From Thermodesulfobacteriota bacterium (lineage in GTDB: Bacteria > Desulfobacterota_D > UBA1144 > Nemesobacterales > N074bin48): a stretch of DNA of 49,634 bases. The notes below the pieces were generated by a model that made no database searches, had not been told where the DNA came from, and worked only from the letters and a program-made list of their open reading frames with translations. Where the stretch lies: positions 1 through 49,634 of the forward strand of contig JBFFSH010000008.1 in the NCBI GenBank assembly GCA_041572575.1. The letters run 5' to 3'. Numbering within the stretch: the stretch's first letter is position 1; every line of letters begins with the position of its first letter. The position numbers were made by a program, and so were the translations under genes. Shown here in pieces: positions 18,023 to 28,097 of this stretch.

Positions 18023-19099
18023 TTATTTTTTAAACAAGTTTATAAATGGCTTGATTATTACTCCTATGAATATCAAAAAACATACAGCAACCAGAATGTA
18101 AAGCATCATATTATTTAAAAGCGGTAAAGTTAAATTATTGGAAGAGATAAAAACTATATATGATATATATGCAATGTAACATCCAAGAAACAAGCCTCCC
18201 TCCAACCTGCTCATCAAGCTGTCCGTATAGAAAATCGGAAAGCATATAATAGAAATTATTATCATTATAGGTATATCAAAACCTATAACTGATGGAGCTA
18301 TCTGAATACCTACTGGAGCAACCAGACTGCTCAAACCAAGAACAGCCATGATGTTAAATAGATTACTCCCTATAATATTTCCTACTGCTATATCACGCTC
18401 TCCTTTTATTGTAGCTAAAACAGATGTAACCACTTCTGGCAAAGAAGTCCCTGCAGCCACAATAGTAAGACCAATTACAATCTTGCTTACTTCAAAGTAC
18501 TCTGCAATTGATACTGCGCTGTTTACAAACCATTTCGATCCTAGCACCAATAACCCAAGCCCTAGTATAATAAATAGAGTGTTTCGTGGAATACTAACAA
18601 TGGTGTCTTCTCTAAGCGTAAATTCAGTTTTAAAATCATCTCCAGGTTTCGCTTGCTCTATGCGGCTTTGACGAACCAAGAAGATCATATAAATTGCAAA
18701 ACCTGCTAGCAGTAGTAAGCCTTCTAATCTATTAAAATTTCCATCGAGAGCAAATATAAGAACCAACCCGGATACAAAGATAATTAAAGGTACTTCTTGT
18801 TTTAATAACTGTTTAGTAACGAATAGCTGTCTTATTATTGCCGAGATACCAATTATAAAGAGAATATTAAAAATATTGCTGCCAATTATATTACCCAACC
18901 CGATACTAGCCTGATTGGAGAGTGCCGCTTTGACACTCACTGCAAGCTCTGGCGAGCTTGTTCCAAATGCCACTACAGTAAGACCAACAAGAAAGGGTGA
19001 TATGCCAAATGAAGATGCCAGACGGGACGAGCCTTTAACCAATAGTTCAGCCCCGGCTATAAGAAATATCAATCCTAAGATAAGAAAGAATATTATCAT
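18023..19099 (-). CDS. Ca2+/cation antiporter (YrbG-like)
   Basis: Two alpha repeats: VAFGTSSPE...GNIIGSNIFN and AAGTSLPE...GNIIGSNLFN. Confidence 0.95.
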   Translation of the reverse strand: MIIFFLILGLIFLIAGAELLVKGSSRLASSFGISPFLVGLTVVAFGTSSPELAVSVKAALSNQASIGLGNIIGSNIFNILFIIGISAIIRQLFVTKQLLKQEVPLIIFVSGLVLIFALDGNFNRLEGLLLLAGFAIYMIFLVRQSRIEQAKPGDDFKTEFTLREDTIVSIPRNTLFIILGLGLLVLGSKWFVNSAVSIAEYFEVSKIVIGLTIVAAGTSLPEVVTSVLATIKGERDIAVGNIIGSNLFNIMAVLGLSSLVAPVGIQIAPSVIGFDIPIMIIISIICFPIFYTDSLMSRLEGGLFLGCYIAYISYIVFISSNNLTLPLLNNMMLYILVAVCFLIFIGVIIKPFINLFKK

Positions 19100-19340
19100 T
19101 ATTAATAATGATAATATATAATTATAAGCAATCTAGTATAGATATAAAACAGGTTATCAAAGATTATTTTTTTGATCTGCAATTAGAATAAATATCAAAC
19201 AAGAAGAATAGTCCTTTGCAAGAATACTCTAAGAATCTATTGTAAGGTTATATTAACAAGTTTAATTATTTTACTTTTAATTAAAATATAGCAGTTGTGA
19301 CATCTTTCAATTATTATAATATCTAATTAGCAATAGCTGC

Positions 19341-19625
19341 AATTATAAGCCTATACTTACATAAAGAGAGGTAGCCCGACACATTGCAAAATCTTTAACC
19401 GTCCCATTTACATTCAGCTGTCCTAAATCTATCCCCGGTGAAAAGAGGAGAAACAACATATGAATCAGTCGTAGAGGCAATCTTAGTATTTTTAAAATTA
19501 ACTACTGCGCCGTCGTAGCGGATATTTAGGATATTATTGTCAGTGGCTGGCATGAACGTCTTCACCATAATATTGCACATAAGCTTGCCTCCGCTATGAA
19601 CAATTTGTATTTGGGGAGCTTGACA
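19341..19625 (-). pseudogene. hypE: Degraded 5' fragment of hydrogenase maturation gene hypE
   Basis: IQIVHSGGKLM...FMPATDNNILN.RYDGAVV...[15 protein letters not shown], frameshift, then [28 protein letters not shown], matching the HypE N-terminus (HGx[30 protein letters not shown]). Confidence 0.8.
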
Positions 19626-19758
19626 ATAAATGAGGATATAGACTAAGCACTTGTTAATTGCTGTTATTACGACTACAAACTAATCGGTTTAATCCTCTAT
19701 TACCTTATTGGATCAGCCCTGTACTCTATGCCCTGAAGCAGGATGCAATAAAAACTAT

Positions 19759-20814
19759 TTATGGCCTGAATACAATCTTAATTGCATTTTCTTTTCTGTT
19801 GTTCATAAGCTCATAACCCTTGGGAACTTCATCGAGGGAAATTCTGTGGCTTATCACCAGTGAAGGATCAAACTTATCAGCTTCTACAAGTGGCAGGAGT
19901 TTTGGTATATAAGTTCTACTTGGAGCTACTCCTCCTTTGAGGGTTAAGTTTCTTAAAAAGAAGTCAGTCACATTTAGTGGAAACGGCTCCCAGAAAAGTC
20001 CTACGAATGATACAGTGCCACCCGGTCTTACTGAGTTTAGAGACTGCTGCAGACATTCAGAAGTTCCTACACATTCTATTATTACATCTGCTCCCGTGCC
20101 GTTTGTAATTTCTATTATTCTTTCTTCCAAATCCTCATTGTTAGAGTTTATTAACTCAGATGCCCCGTACTTTTTTGCAATCTCAAGCCTGTAATCATGA
20201 TGCCCGATCGTAATCACCTTTGCTGGATCAAAAAGAGTTGCAGCATATGTAGCAAAAAGGCCAACAGCTCCATCTCCCAGTACAGCTACTGTATCTCCGG
20301 GTTTTATGCCTCCGCAAACCGCTCCATGATATCCTGTGGAGATATTATCACCCAGGAAAATAGTCTTTTCATCATTGCTGTCATCATCAAGACTACCTGG
20401 CACTTTAACCAGTGTACCGTCAGCATGAGCAACCTTTATATATTCAGCCTAACAGCCGGGATGTCCACCAAGAAGATTTCCAAATCCAAAACACCCTCCA
20501 TTCAAACATGATGTTGTAAGACCCTTTTCACAATAAGTGCAATGACCACAACTAACCCAAAATGGTCCTATTACCTTATCACCTTTTTTAAGTGTTTTTA
20601 CATCACTGCCCACTTCTTCAACTCTTCCAACAAATTCATGACCAACTCCGTCTCCTTCTTCGAGTTGAAAATGGCCTCTATATATATGCAGGTCTGATCC
20701 GCATATACCACCCATAGTTACTTTAACTATCACGTCTGTTGGATTTTCAATTTTTGGATTAGGTACTTCTTCGACTCTAACATCTTCTATTCCATAAGCC
20801 CTGGCTGCTTTCAT
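19759..20814 (-). pseudogene. Zinc-dependent alcohol/formaldehyde dehydrogenase (MDR family) with an internal TAG
   Basis: ICGSDLH, GHEFVG and CGHCTYC...C motifs; continuous frame PGC*AEYIKV with TAG at 20451-20449 where G-x-Q-A-E-Y is expected; joins the two ORF-track pieces. Confidence 0.88.
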
Positions 20815-20951
20815 AATTTATCTCCCGTATATTAGTTTCAATAATATATTAACTGGTTTTTCTTTGTTGTATAATTGTTCAACTATTTAACTGGTATTCA
20901 TATCTGGCATGATGCATTGTAGCTGAGAATGTTTCAGGAATTTACTCAGGA

Positions 20952-21677
20952 TCAGAGGTTCTTTCCATGTGACACTGTAACATCTGAACCCTCGGCCAGG
21001 AATGCTGAATGTGGGTTGGAAGAAAGTGCATCAACAAACTCCTGTCCATACAGTTTTGCAACATCCACACTGGTTTCTGTTTGAACCGAATCCCAATAGC
21101 TCCATTTTGGATGTTCAACACGGTATTCTACTGTTACATCTTTTCTCTTACTGTAACCCCAGTAATGTTGAGCTATAAATTCTGGCTCGCTACCTGCTTT
21201 AAGCTCTTTTTTCTCACCATTTACTGACATGGAAATATAATTCCAATTATTATTTATTTTCCATGAATACTTTACTTCCGATAGTATATCGTCTTTAAAT
21301 CTCAAATCACTTCTGGTTTCAAGTGCTATATAGTTTTCATTGTATAAGTTATTAGCTACAAATGCGATCATGGTTTTAGGTACTATTTCTTTTATAAAGA
21401 CAACTCCTCTTCTCCAGCCTTCATCTGATTTCCTCTTTACATAGAACCGTAGATTAATCTCTTCAAAATCGGTATGGAAAGGGATGGAAATTCCTTTTAG
21501 CCTTGTATTAATAAAACGAAACCCTATAAGGCTTACAAAATTATTACCGTTATAGTCATCAAGCTCGGTTTCATTTGGAATATAAGGAATCAGTATTTCA
21601 GTGTCGATCAGGTAATTGACCATTGCCAGATATTTCCACTCTGCGGTCAAAAATATGTTGGCATGCTCTTTATCCAT
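20952..21677 (-). CDS. DUF2071/YqjF family protein (acetoacetate decarboxylase-like fold)
   Basis: FLTAEWKYLAMVNY, FEEINLRFYV, GVVFIKE, FI..HYWGY and YRVEHP.W. Confidence 0.85.
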   Translation of the reverse strand: MDKEHANIFLTAEWKYLAMVNYLIDTEILIPYIPNETELDDYNGNNFVSLIGFRFINTRLKGISIPFHTDFEEINLRFYVKRKSDEGWRRGVVFIKEIVPKTMIAFVANNLYNENYIALETRSDLRFKDDILSEVKYSWKINNNWNYISMSVNGEKKELKAGSEPEFIAQHYWGYSKRKDVTVEYRVEHPKWSYWDSVQTETSVDVAKLYGQEFVDALSSNPHSAFLAEGSDVTVSHGKNL

Positions 21678-21692
21678 GATTGATTTTATTAA

Positions 21693-23195
21693 CTAATGAG
21701 CGCTTACGGTTCTTTCTTTTGCCCACTCTCTTAAGTTGCTGATGCGGTCACTCATTGTCACAGTAAGTGGTTTGGTTACCCTTATCTCATCGAGCAGTAA
21801 AGTAGTGGATAATTCAAGATCATTCGAGAATGCAGTATATAGGGCAGACACAATTACCTGCTCAATTTCTGATCCGCTAAATCCTGTAGTTGCTTCAACT
21901 ATGGATTTCATATCAAATTTACCGGCGTCCTTACCTCTTTTTTCAAGATGAATTTCAAATATTGCTTCTCTTGACTCGGGGTCTGGCACATCTACAAAAA
22001 ATATCTCATCAAATCTTCCTTTTCTTAAAAACTCTGCAGGAAGCTTCTGTACATCATTTGCAGTGGCTACTATAAAGACATCACCATTTCTGTCCTGCAG
22101 CCATGAAAGGAATGTACCGAATATCCTTGTAGATACTCCTGCGTCATGATCCCCTGATACCGAAGAGAATGCTTTTTCAATTTCATCTATCCAAAGAATC
22201 ACGGGAGAGAGCTTTTCAGCGGTCTGCATTGCACGTTTAAAGTTCTTCTCACTCTCGCCAATGTATTTATTATACAGGTTTGAAGGGTCCAGCTTTAGAA
22301 GCGGTAGCCCCCATTCCATGGCCACTGCTTTTGCACAAAGACTCTTTCCACAACCTGGTACGCCCAATAACAAAATCCCCTTAGGAAACGAGAGCCCAAA
22401 TTCTCTTGCCTTATCAGGTTTTAGAATTATCTCTTTGCGCTTTGCTAGCCATGATTTCAAGCTCCTGAGGTCAGCAACACTGTCCATCGTCTCTTCATTT
22501 GGATAATATTCCAGCAGACCCTCACGTTCCACTACTTTAATTTTTTCATCAATAACCCTGTTTATATCCTTTGGAGCAAGAGTACCATCTTCTACAATGG
22601 CTTTTGTAATAACCTTCTCTGCTTCCATAAGAGTAAGCCCTTTTAAGTTATTAAGTAATTTGTTCAGGTCATCAGAATCAAGCTTAAACTGCACATCTAT
22701 CTTTGATTGCAGGTCACGCAGCACATGATGAAGCAGATCTTCATACTGTTTAATACTAGGTTCAGGTATTTTTATAACAGCACAATAAGGCTTCAACTGA
22801 TCAGGAATATCTATATCAATCCCTGTAATTATTATGGCCCCTTTTTTATCTGTAAAGGTCTTGGCTGTATCTTTTAGTCTTGTAATGAGCACCCTGTCTT
22901 CAAAATAATCAGACATACCCTGGAAATGATAAACAGCGGGAAAACCCGAACTTTCCACATGCCCAAGAGCCAGGGACAGTTCTGTAGTTTGATATACCGA
23001 GCCTTTAACTTCTTCTCCATCCACTCTGCGCAGCCCCTTAGACGCCGACCAGATAAAAAACCCGATGTTCATCGCATCTGCAATATGCTTAATCAGGGCA
23101 TCGGCCCTCTCTTCCTCTGCTGTTTCAATAAAAATTATTGAATGATTAGAGTTTATAAGAAGCTCTATTTCTCTTAAGATGCTTGTGTTTGGCAT
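21693..23195 (-). CDS. Ycf46-like AAA+ ATPase
   Basis: Degenerate N-terminal domain; GILLLGVPGCGKS (Walker A), LWIDEIEK (Walker B), ATAN, LRKGRFDEIFFVD and LREWA tail. Confidence 0.9.
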   Translation of the reverse strand: MPNTSILREIELLINSNHSIIFIETAEEERADALIKHIADAMNIGFFIWSASKGLRRVDGEEVKGSVYQTTELSLALGHVESSGFPAVYHFQGMSDYFEDRVLITRLKDTAKTFTDKKGAIIITGIDIDIPDQLKPYCAVIKIPEPSIKQYEDLLHHVLRDLQSKIDVQFKLDSDDLNKLLNNLKGLTLMEAEKVITKAIVEDGTLAPKDINRVIDEKIKVVEREGLLEYYPNEETMDSVADLRSLKSWLAKRKEIILKPDKAREFGLSFPKGILLLGVPGCGKSLCAKAVAMEWGLPLLKLDPSNLYNKYIGESEKNFKRAMQTAEKLSPVILWIDEIEKAFSSVSGDHDAGVSTRIFGTFLSWLQDRNGDVFIVATANDVQKLPAEFLRKGRFDEIFFVDVPDPESREAIFEIHLEKRGKDAGKFDMKSIVEATTGFSGSEIEQVIVSALYTAFSNDLELSTTLLLDEIRVTKPLTVTMSDRISNLREWAKERTVSAH

Positions 23196-23340
23196 AATTT
23201 CATAAGTCCTGTAAAAAACAGACTAAATCATATTTGTAGAGCACAGCTATTTCAAGTCTAATTTAAAACCTTATAATATTTATATAAGTATTAAAATAAT
23301 ATTTCAAATATATTGGATGCATAAAAGTTAGAATCAAACA

Positions 23341-24327
23341 ATGAAAGCAATGGTATTAGAAAGGAGCAGAGCCGCTCTTGAATTAAGAGAGTTGGATATT
23401 CAAAAACCTAATCCAGAGCAGGTCTTATTAAAAGTAAAAGCCTGCGCAGTATGCAGAACTGACCTGCATATAGTAGATGGTGAATTAGCTGAACCGAAAT
23501 TGCCTCTGATATTAGGGCATGAAATTGTGGGAGAAATAATAGAACTTGGAAGTAATGTAGGTGGATTTAGTACTGGAGACATCATTGGTGTCCCCTGGCT
23601 AGGACAGACATGTAACAAATGCAAATTCTGTGAATCAGGAAAGGAAAACCTATGTGACAATGCAAAGTTTACAGGTTACCAGATTGACGGAGGCTACGCG
23701 GAATATGCTGTGGCTAACCATAACTACTGTTTCACTATTCCAAAAGATTACTCTGCAATTAATGCAGCACCACTCCTATGTGCAGGTCTCATTGGATATC
23801 GTTCATACAGGATGACTGGAAGTTCTAAGAAGATTGGTCTTTATGGATTTGGTGCGGCAGCTCATATCATTGCGCAGGTTGCAGTTTTTGAGAGTAAGGA
23901 GCTCTATGCATTCACAAAGTCTGGAGATACTCAAGCTCAGAAATTTGCATTAGAACTAGGATGCGAATGGGCTGGTGATTCAAATAATCCTCCGCCCGAT
24001 AAACTAGATTCTGCAATAATATTTGCGCCTGTAGGCAGTCTGATACCAGCCGCTTTGAGAAACGTGGTTAAAGGTGGAACTGTAATCTGTGCAGGAATTC
24101 ATATGAGTGATATACCTTCTTTCCCATATGATATTCTGTGGGGGGAGAGAGAGATTAAATCGGTAGCAAATCTGACAAGAAAAGACGGTGAAGAGTTTTT
24201 TGCAATAGCTCCAAGAGTTCCTGTAAAAACAGAGGTAATTACATACGAGTTAGAACAAGCCAATGAAGCATTGAACGATCTTAGAACTGGCAAAATAAAC
24301 GGTGCAGCAGTACTTGTAATGGAATAA
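23341..24327 (+). CDS. Zinc-binding alcohol dehydrogenase family protein
   Basis: VCRTDLH, GHEIVG, CNKCKFC...C, APLLCAGLIGYR and GLYGFGAAAH. Confidence 0.95.
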   Translation: MKAMVLERSRAALELRELDIQKPNPEQVLLKVKACAVCRTDLHIVDGELAEPKLPLILGHEIVGEIIELGSNVGGFSTGDIIGVPWLGQTCNKCKFCESGKENLCDNAKFTGYQIDGGYAEYAVANHNYCFTIPKDYSAINAAPLLCAGLIGYRSYRMTGSSKKIGLYGFGAAAHIIAQVAVFESKELYAFTKSGDTQAQKFALELGCEWAGDSNNPPPDKLDSAIIFAPVGSLIPAALRNVVKGGTVICAGIHMSDIPSFPYDILWGEREIKSVANLTRKDGEEFFAIAPRVPVKTEVITYELEQANEALNDLRTGKINGAAVLVME

Positions 24328-25016
24328 TGAGACAGAATAAAATATTTTTATTATCAGATGATCTAATATTCCCAAATCCAAGATTAGCGGATTCTCATGG
24401 ACTGCTTGCTGTAGGAGGTGACCTTAGCACTGATAGGTTGCTGCTAGCCTATGAAAACGGGATATTCCCATGGTATTCTGAGGATCAACCGATATTATGG
24501 TTTTCACCTGATCCCAGACTCGTTCTATTTCCTGATAAATTTATCGTTTCCAAAAGCCTTCAAAAAACTATCAAAAAAAATATCTTTGAGGTTAAGTTTG
24601 ATACAAATTTTGAAGAGGTGATAACCGAATGCTCAAAAATAGAAAGAAAAGATCAGGACGGGACATGGATAACTCAAGATATGATTGATGCTTATATAGA
24701 ACTTCACAATCAGGGTTATGCCCATTGTGTAGAAACCTATCAAGAGGGAAATCTCGTTGGAGGTTTATACGGAGTTTCTTTAGGCGGAGCATTCTTTGGC
24801 GAATCGATGTTTCATAAAATGAAAGACGCTTCAAAGATAGCACTTCACTATCTGGTTCAAAAAGTTAAGAAGTGGGAGTTTGACTTCATAGATTCACAGG
24901 TCGTTACAGAGCATATGAAAAGCATGGGCTCTCAGGAAATTACAAGAAATAAATATTTAGAGCTTTTAGGTAAAACTTTAAAGAAAGAAACAAGATCAGG
25001 AACCTGGGAAACTTAA
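24327..25016 (+). CDS. aat: Leucyl/phenylalanyl-tRNA--protein transferase
   Basis: GLLAVGGDL, AYENGIFPW, WFSPDPR, GTWIT and FFGESMF. Confidence 0.97.
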   Translation: MRQNKIFLLSDDLIFPNPRLADSHGLLAVGGDLSTDRLLLAYENGIFPWYSEDQPILWFSPDPRLVLFPDKFIVSKSLQKTIKKNIFEVKFDTNFEEVITECSKIERKDQDGTWITQDMIDAYIELHNQGYAHCVETYQEGNLVGGLYGVSLGGAFFGESMFHKMKDASKIALHYLVQKVKKWEFDFIDSQVVTEHMKSMGSQEITRNKYLELLGKTLKKETRSGTWET

Positions 25017-25019
25017 AAG

Positions 25020-25202
25020 TTATCCATATTCACACTTTTTAGTCTCATAATTAAACCTGCCGCCCGAATCGAGACATCTATCCGCATTATAAAATTCAGA
25101 ATTGATAAAAAGCCATATTGATAGGCATAACAAAACTGCTAGACTAACAAAAATTAAATGAAATATTTTTACATTTTTTAGGTTGTATGAAACTAGTTTC
25201 AT
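25020..25202 (-). CDS. Small single-TM protein with a C-terminal Cys pair
   Basis: TM helix followed by DRCLDSGGRFNYETKKCE; start at MKLVSY avoids overlap with the permease. Confidence 0.6.
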   Translation of the reverse strand: MKLVSYNLKNVKIFHLIFVSLAVLLCLSIWLFINSEFYNADRCLDSGGRFNYETKKCEYG

Positions 25203-25215
25203 CGATTTAATTTTG

Positions 25216-26541
25216 TTAAACCAACCAAATATATCTTGCAATAAAAAGAAACGAGATCAGATAAATTATCCAATTAACTTCTTTAGCCTTCCCAGAGAAT
25301 ATCTTTAATAAAGAATAAGAAATAAATCCAAAGGCAATGCCCTCTGTGATGCTGAAAGAAAGTGGCATGATAATAATAGTTAAAAATGCCGGGATAGATT
25401 CTGTATAGTCATCCCAGTTTATGATTTTTACATTTGTCATCATCATGCTTCCTACTATGATAAGAGCTGGCGCTATTACAGGATAGAGAAATTTACCTCC
25501 ACCCACATCTATCCCTGCTCCGACCATCTGAATAAGTGGAGTGAAAAAGATTGCTGCGATCATGAGAATAGCAGTAACAACATTTGTAAGCCCGGTCCTT
25601 CCGCCGGCGCTTATGCCCGATGAGCTTTCTATGTAGCTTGTAACAGTAGAAGTACCAAGAAGTGCACCTGTGCTTGTGGCAACTGCATCTGAAAGAAGAG
25701 CCTGTTTTGCCTTAGGAAGCTTACCGTTTTTCATAAACCCGCCAAGCTGCCCTACCCCAACCAGGGTTCCTATAGTGTCAAACAAATCCAGAAACAGGAA
25801 AACTATTATCACTGTGATAAATTCCAGATTTGCAAACAAGTCCGGTATCTGAAGCTTAAGCAAGGAAGGCTCTATCGATGGTGGGCTTGAAACCACTCCG
25901 TTAAACTCAACAACCCCCAGGATCAGTGCCAGCACAGAACATCCGATAATTCCGGTTAGTATCGCCCCTTTGAATTTTATGGCCAGTAGAAATGCTATTA
26001 CAATCAGGCCGAAAATTGAGATTAGGGTGTATTTTGAATGCAGGTCTCCCAATGTTACATATGTCACAGGATGTGAAGTTACGATTCCAGACCACTCCAG
26101 ACCGATTAAAGCAATTAGAAGCCCAATTCCAACGGGTATTCCGTTCCTGAGAGCATCCGGGAATATATCCATCACTTTTTCTCTAAGACCAGTGAGCGAT
26201 AATGCAATAAATATAATTCCTGCAATAAATACAGCTCCCAGAGCTTGCTGCCATATTACTCCCATTGTAAGACAGACAACATAGGTAAAGTAAAAGTTAT
26301 GTCCCATAGCAGGGGCAAGGGCAATCGGATAGTTCGTAAGAAAAGCCATAAGCAGCATCCCTATTGCACTAGCAAGACAAGTGGCCACAAGTGCAGAGCC
26401 ATAGTCCATACCTGCCGCTGAAAGAACGGCGGGCTGGACAAATATAATGTATGAAAGTGTCGCAAAAGTAGTAAAGCCGGCAACAATTTCCTGCTTAATA
26501 TTTGTATTATTCTCTCCTAACTTAAAAATCTTTTCAATCAT
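25216..26541 (-). CDS. NCS2/AzgA-family purine permease
   Basis: EIVAGFTTF, ALAPAMG.N, DLFDTIGT, GTSTVTSYIES and GGRTGL. Confidence 0.95.
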   Translation of the reverse strand: MIEKIFKLGENNTNIKQEIVAGFTTFATLSYIIFVQPAVLSAAGMDYGSALVATCLASAIGMLLMAFLTNYPIALAPAMGHNFYFTYVVCLTMGVIWQQALGAVFIAGIIFIALSLTGLREKVMDIFPDALRNGIPVGIGLLIALIGLEWSGIVTSHPVTYVTLGDLHSKYTLISIFGLIVIAFLLAIKFKGAILTGIIGCSVLALILGVVEFNGVVSSPPSIEPSLLKLQIPDLFANLEFITVIIVFLFLDLFDTIGTLVGVGQLGGFMKNGKLPKAKQALLSDAVATSTGALLGTSTVTSYIESSSGISAGGRTGLTNVVTAILMIAAIFFTPLIQMVGAGIDVGGGKFLYPVIAPALIIVGSMMMTNVKIINWDDYTESIPAFLTIIIMPLSFSITEGIAFGFISYSLLKIFSGKAKEVNWIIYLISFLFIARYIWLV

Positions 26542-26699
26542 ATCCTGAGTCCAATATAGGGCTAAATAATATCATAATATAAGTTGGAGAATCAAACAGT
26601 ATAGAATCAAATTATATATTCTGTATTACTTAGAGTTTATTTAGTATAATTGCTCCAGGTGTTTATATACCCAGAATGAGGAGAAGATGAGGAGAGATC

Positions 26700-28079
26700 A
26701 TGGCAAAGAATTATGATTCAATAATAATTGGAACCGGTCAGGCAGGCCCTTCACTTGCTGAAAGACTCAGTCAGACAGGCAGGAATATAGCTGTAATAGA
26801 AAGAAACCTGTTTGGAGGCACCTGTGTAAATACCGGCTGTATCCCCACAAAAACCCTTGTTGCAAGCGCCAAGGTTGCCAATATGGTTAGCAGAGCAGCT
26901 GAATATGGAGTTAATATAAATGGCGACATAAATATTGATATGAAACGAGTTAAAGCCAGAAAGGATGAAGTCTCGGGAGCATCAAACAAGGGAGTAGAGG
27001 GCTGGCTCAAGAACATGAAAAATGTGGATATATACGAAGGACACGGAAGATTTGTGGATAATTATACAGTACAGGTAAATGATGAAATATTAGAAGCAGA
27101 TAACATTTTTATTAATGTTGGAGGCAGGGCAAATGTACCACCTATAGAAGGGCTTAATGAAGTTAAATTTTTCACAAATTCAGATATGATGCAGGTAGAT
27201 TTTCTGCCGGAACATTTGATAATAATCGGTGGAAGCTATATCGGGCTTGAGTTTGCACAAATGTATAGACGATTTGGCAGTGAAGTAACTGTTGTCGAGA
27301 TGTCAGACAGACTTATATCACGAGAGGATGAAGAAATATCGGAAAATATTAAAGAGATCCTGGAAAATGAAGGAATAAATTTTAGGCTATCAGCTGAATG
27401 TATAACTGCTGGCAAGAATGGCAAGGATATTCAAGTGGGTGTTGATTGCAATAAAGGAGATAAAGAAATTTCTGGATCACACTTATTAGTAGCTACGGGA
27501 AGGCTTCCAAATACTCACGATCTTGGAATAGAAAACACTGATATTAAGTTGGATAAAAGGGGTTATATAGAAGTTGATGATAAACTGCAAACAAACGTAC
27601 CCGGTATTTGGGCAATTGGTGACTGCAACGGCAGGGGAGCATTTACTCACACCTCATACAACGACTTTGAGATAGTTGCAACCAACATCCTCGATAATGA
27701 TCCAAGAAAAGTGACAGACAGGATTTTATGTTACGGACTTTTTATAGACCCTCCGCTGGGTAGAGTAGGAATGACAGAAGATCAGGCAAGAAAATCCGGC
27801 AGGAAACTGCTTGTCGGCAAAAGAAATATGAGCCGGGTAGGCAGGGCAAGAGAAAGAAGTGAGACCCAGGGGTTTATGAAAGTTATTGTAGATGCTGATA
27901 CAAAAGAGATTCTCGGTGCGGCAATCCTGGGTATAGAAGGCGATGAAGCCATACACTGTATATTGGATGTAATGTATGCAAATGCGCCTTATACGACCAT
28001 ACAAAGAGCTGTACATATTCACCCAACAGTGTCAGAGCTTATTCCAACTGTACTGGGCAGTTTAGAACCAGTAAATTAG
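26700..28079 (+). CDS. Class I pyridine nucleotide-disulfide oxidoreductase (mercuric reductase-like, no C-terminal CC)
   Basis: IIIGTGQAG, GGTCVNTGCIPTK, GGSYIGLE and HIHPTVSE. Confidence 0.92.
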   Translation: MAKNYDSIIIGTGQAGPSLAERLSQTGRNIAVIERNLFGGTCVNTGCIPTKTLVASAKVANMVSRAAEYGVNINGDINIDMKRVKARKDEVSGASNKGVEGWLKNMKNVDIYEGHGRFVDNYTVQVNDEILEADNIFINVGGRANVPPIEGLNEVKFFTNSDMMQVDFLPEHLIIIGGSYIGLEFAQMYRRFGSEVTVVEMSDRLISREDEEISENIKEILENEGINFRLSAECITAGKNGKDIQVGVDCNKGDKEISGSHLLVATGRLPNTHDLGIENTDIKLDKRGYIEVDDKLQTNVPGIWAIGDCNGRGAFTHTSYNDFEIVATNILDNDPRKVTDRILCYGLFIDPPLGRVGMTEDQARKSGRKLLVGKRNMSRVGRARERSETQGFMKVIVDADTKEILGAAILGIEGDEAIHCILDVMYANAPYTTIQRAVHIHPTVSELIPTVLGSLEPVN

Positions 28080-28097
28080 TTATACAATTGAAATCAA

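Noticed and set aside
19365..19535. Structured RNA or c-di-AMP (ydaO) riboswitch suggested by AGCCCGACA and the TCCTAAAT..TATCC / GGATATTTAGGA pairing
   Set aside because: The rest of the ydaO consensus is missing, and the segment is explained as the antisense of the hypE relic.
20449..20451. Genome-wide TAG recoding (Gln or pyrrolysine)
   Set aside because: Internal TAGs stand at both Trp and Gln positions, and TAG ends many intact genes here (pilX, the carboxyltransferase, the RimB-like protease, mscS, rpiA, csp).
20904..20920. sigma54 promoter TGGCATGATGCATTG
   Set aside because: The -24/-12 spacing is off by one, and it points against the local minus-strand genes.
26700..28079. Mercuric reductase MerA
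   Set aside because: No C-terminal Cys-Cys pair, no N-terminal metal-binding domain and no mer genes nearby.
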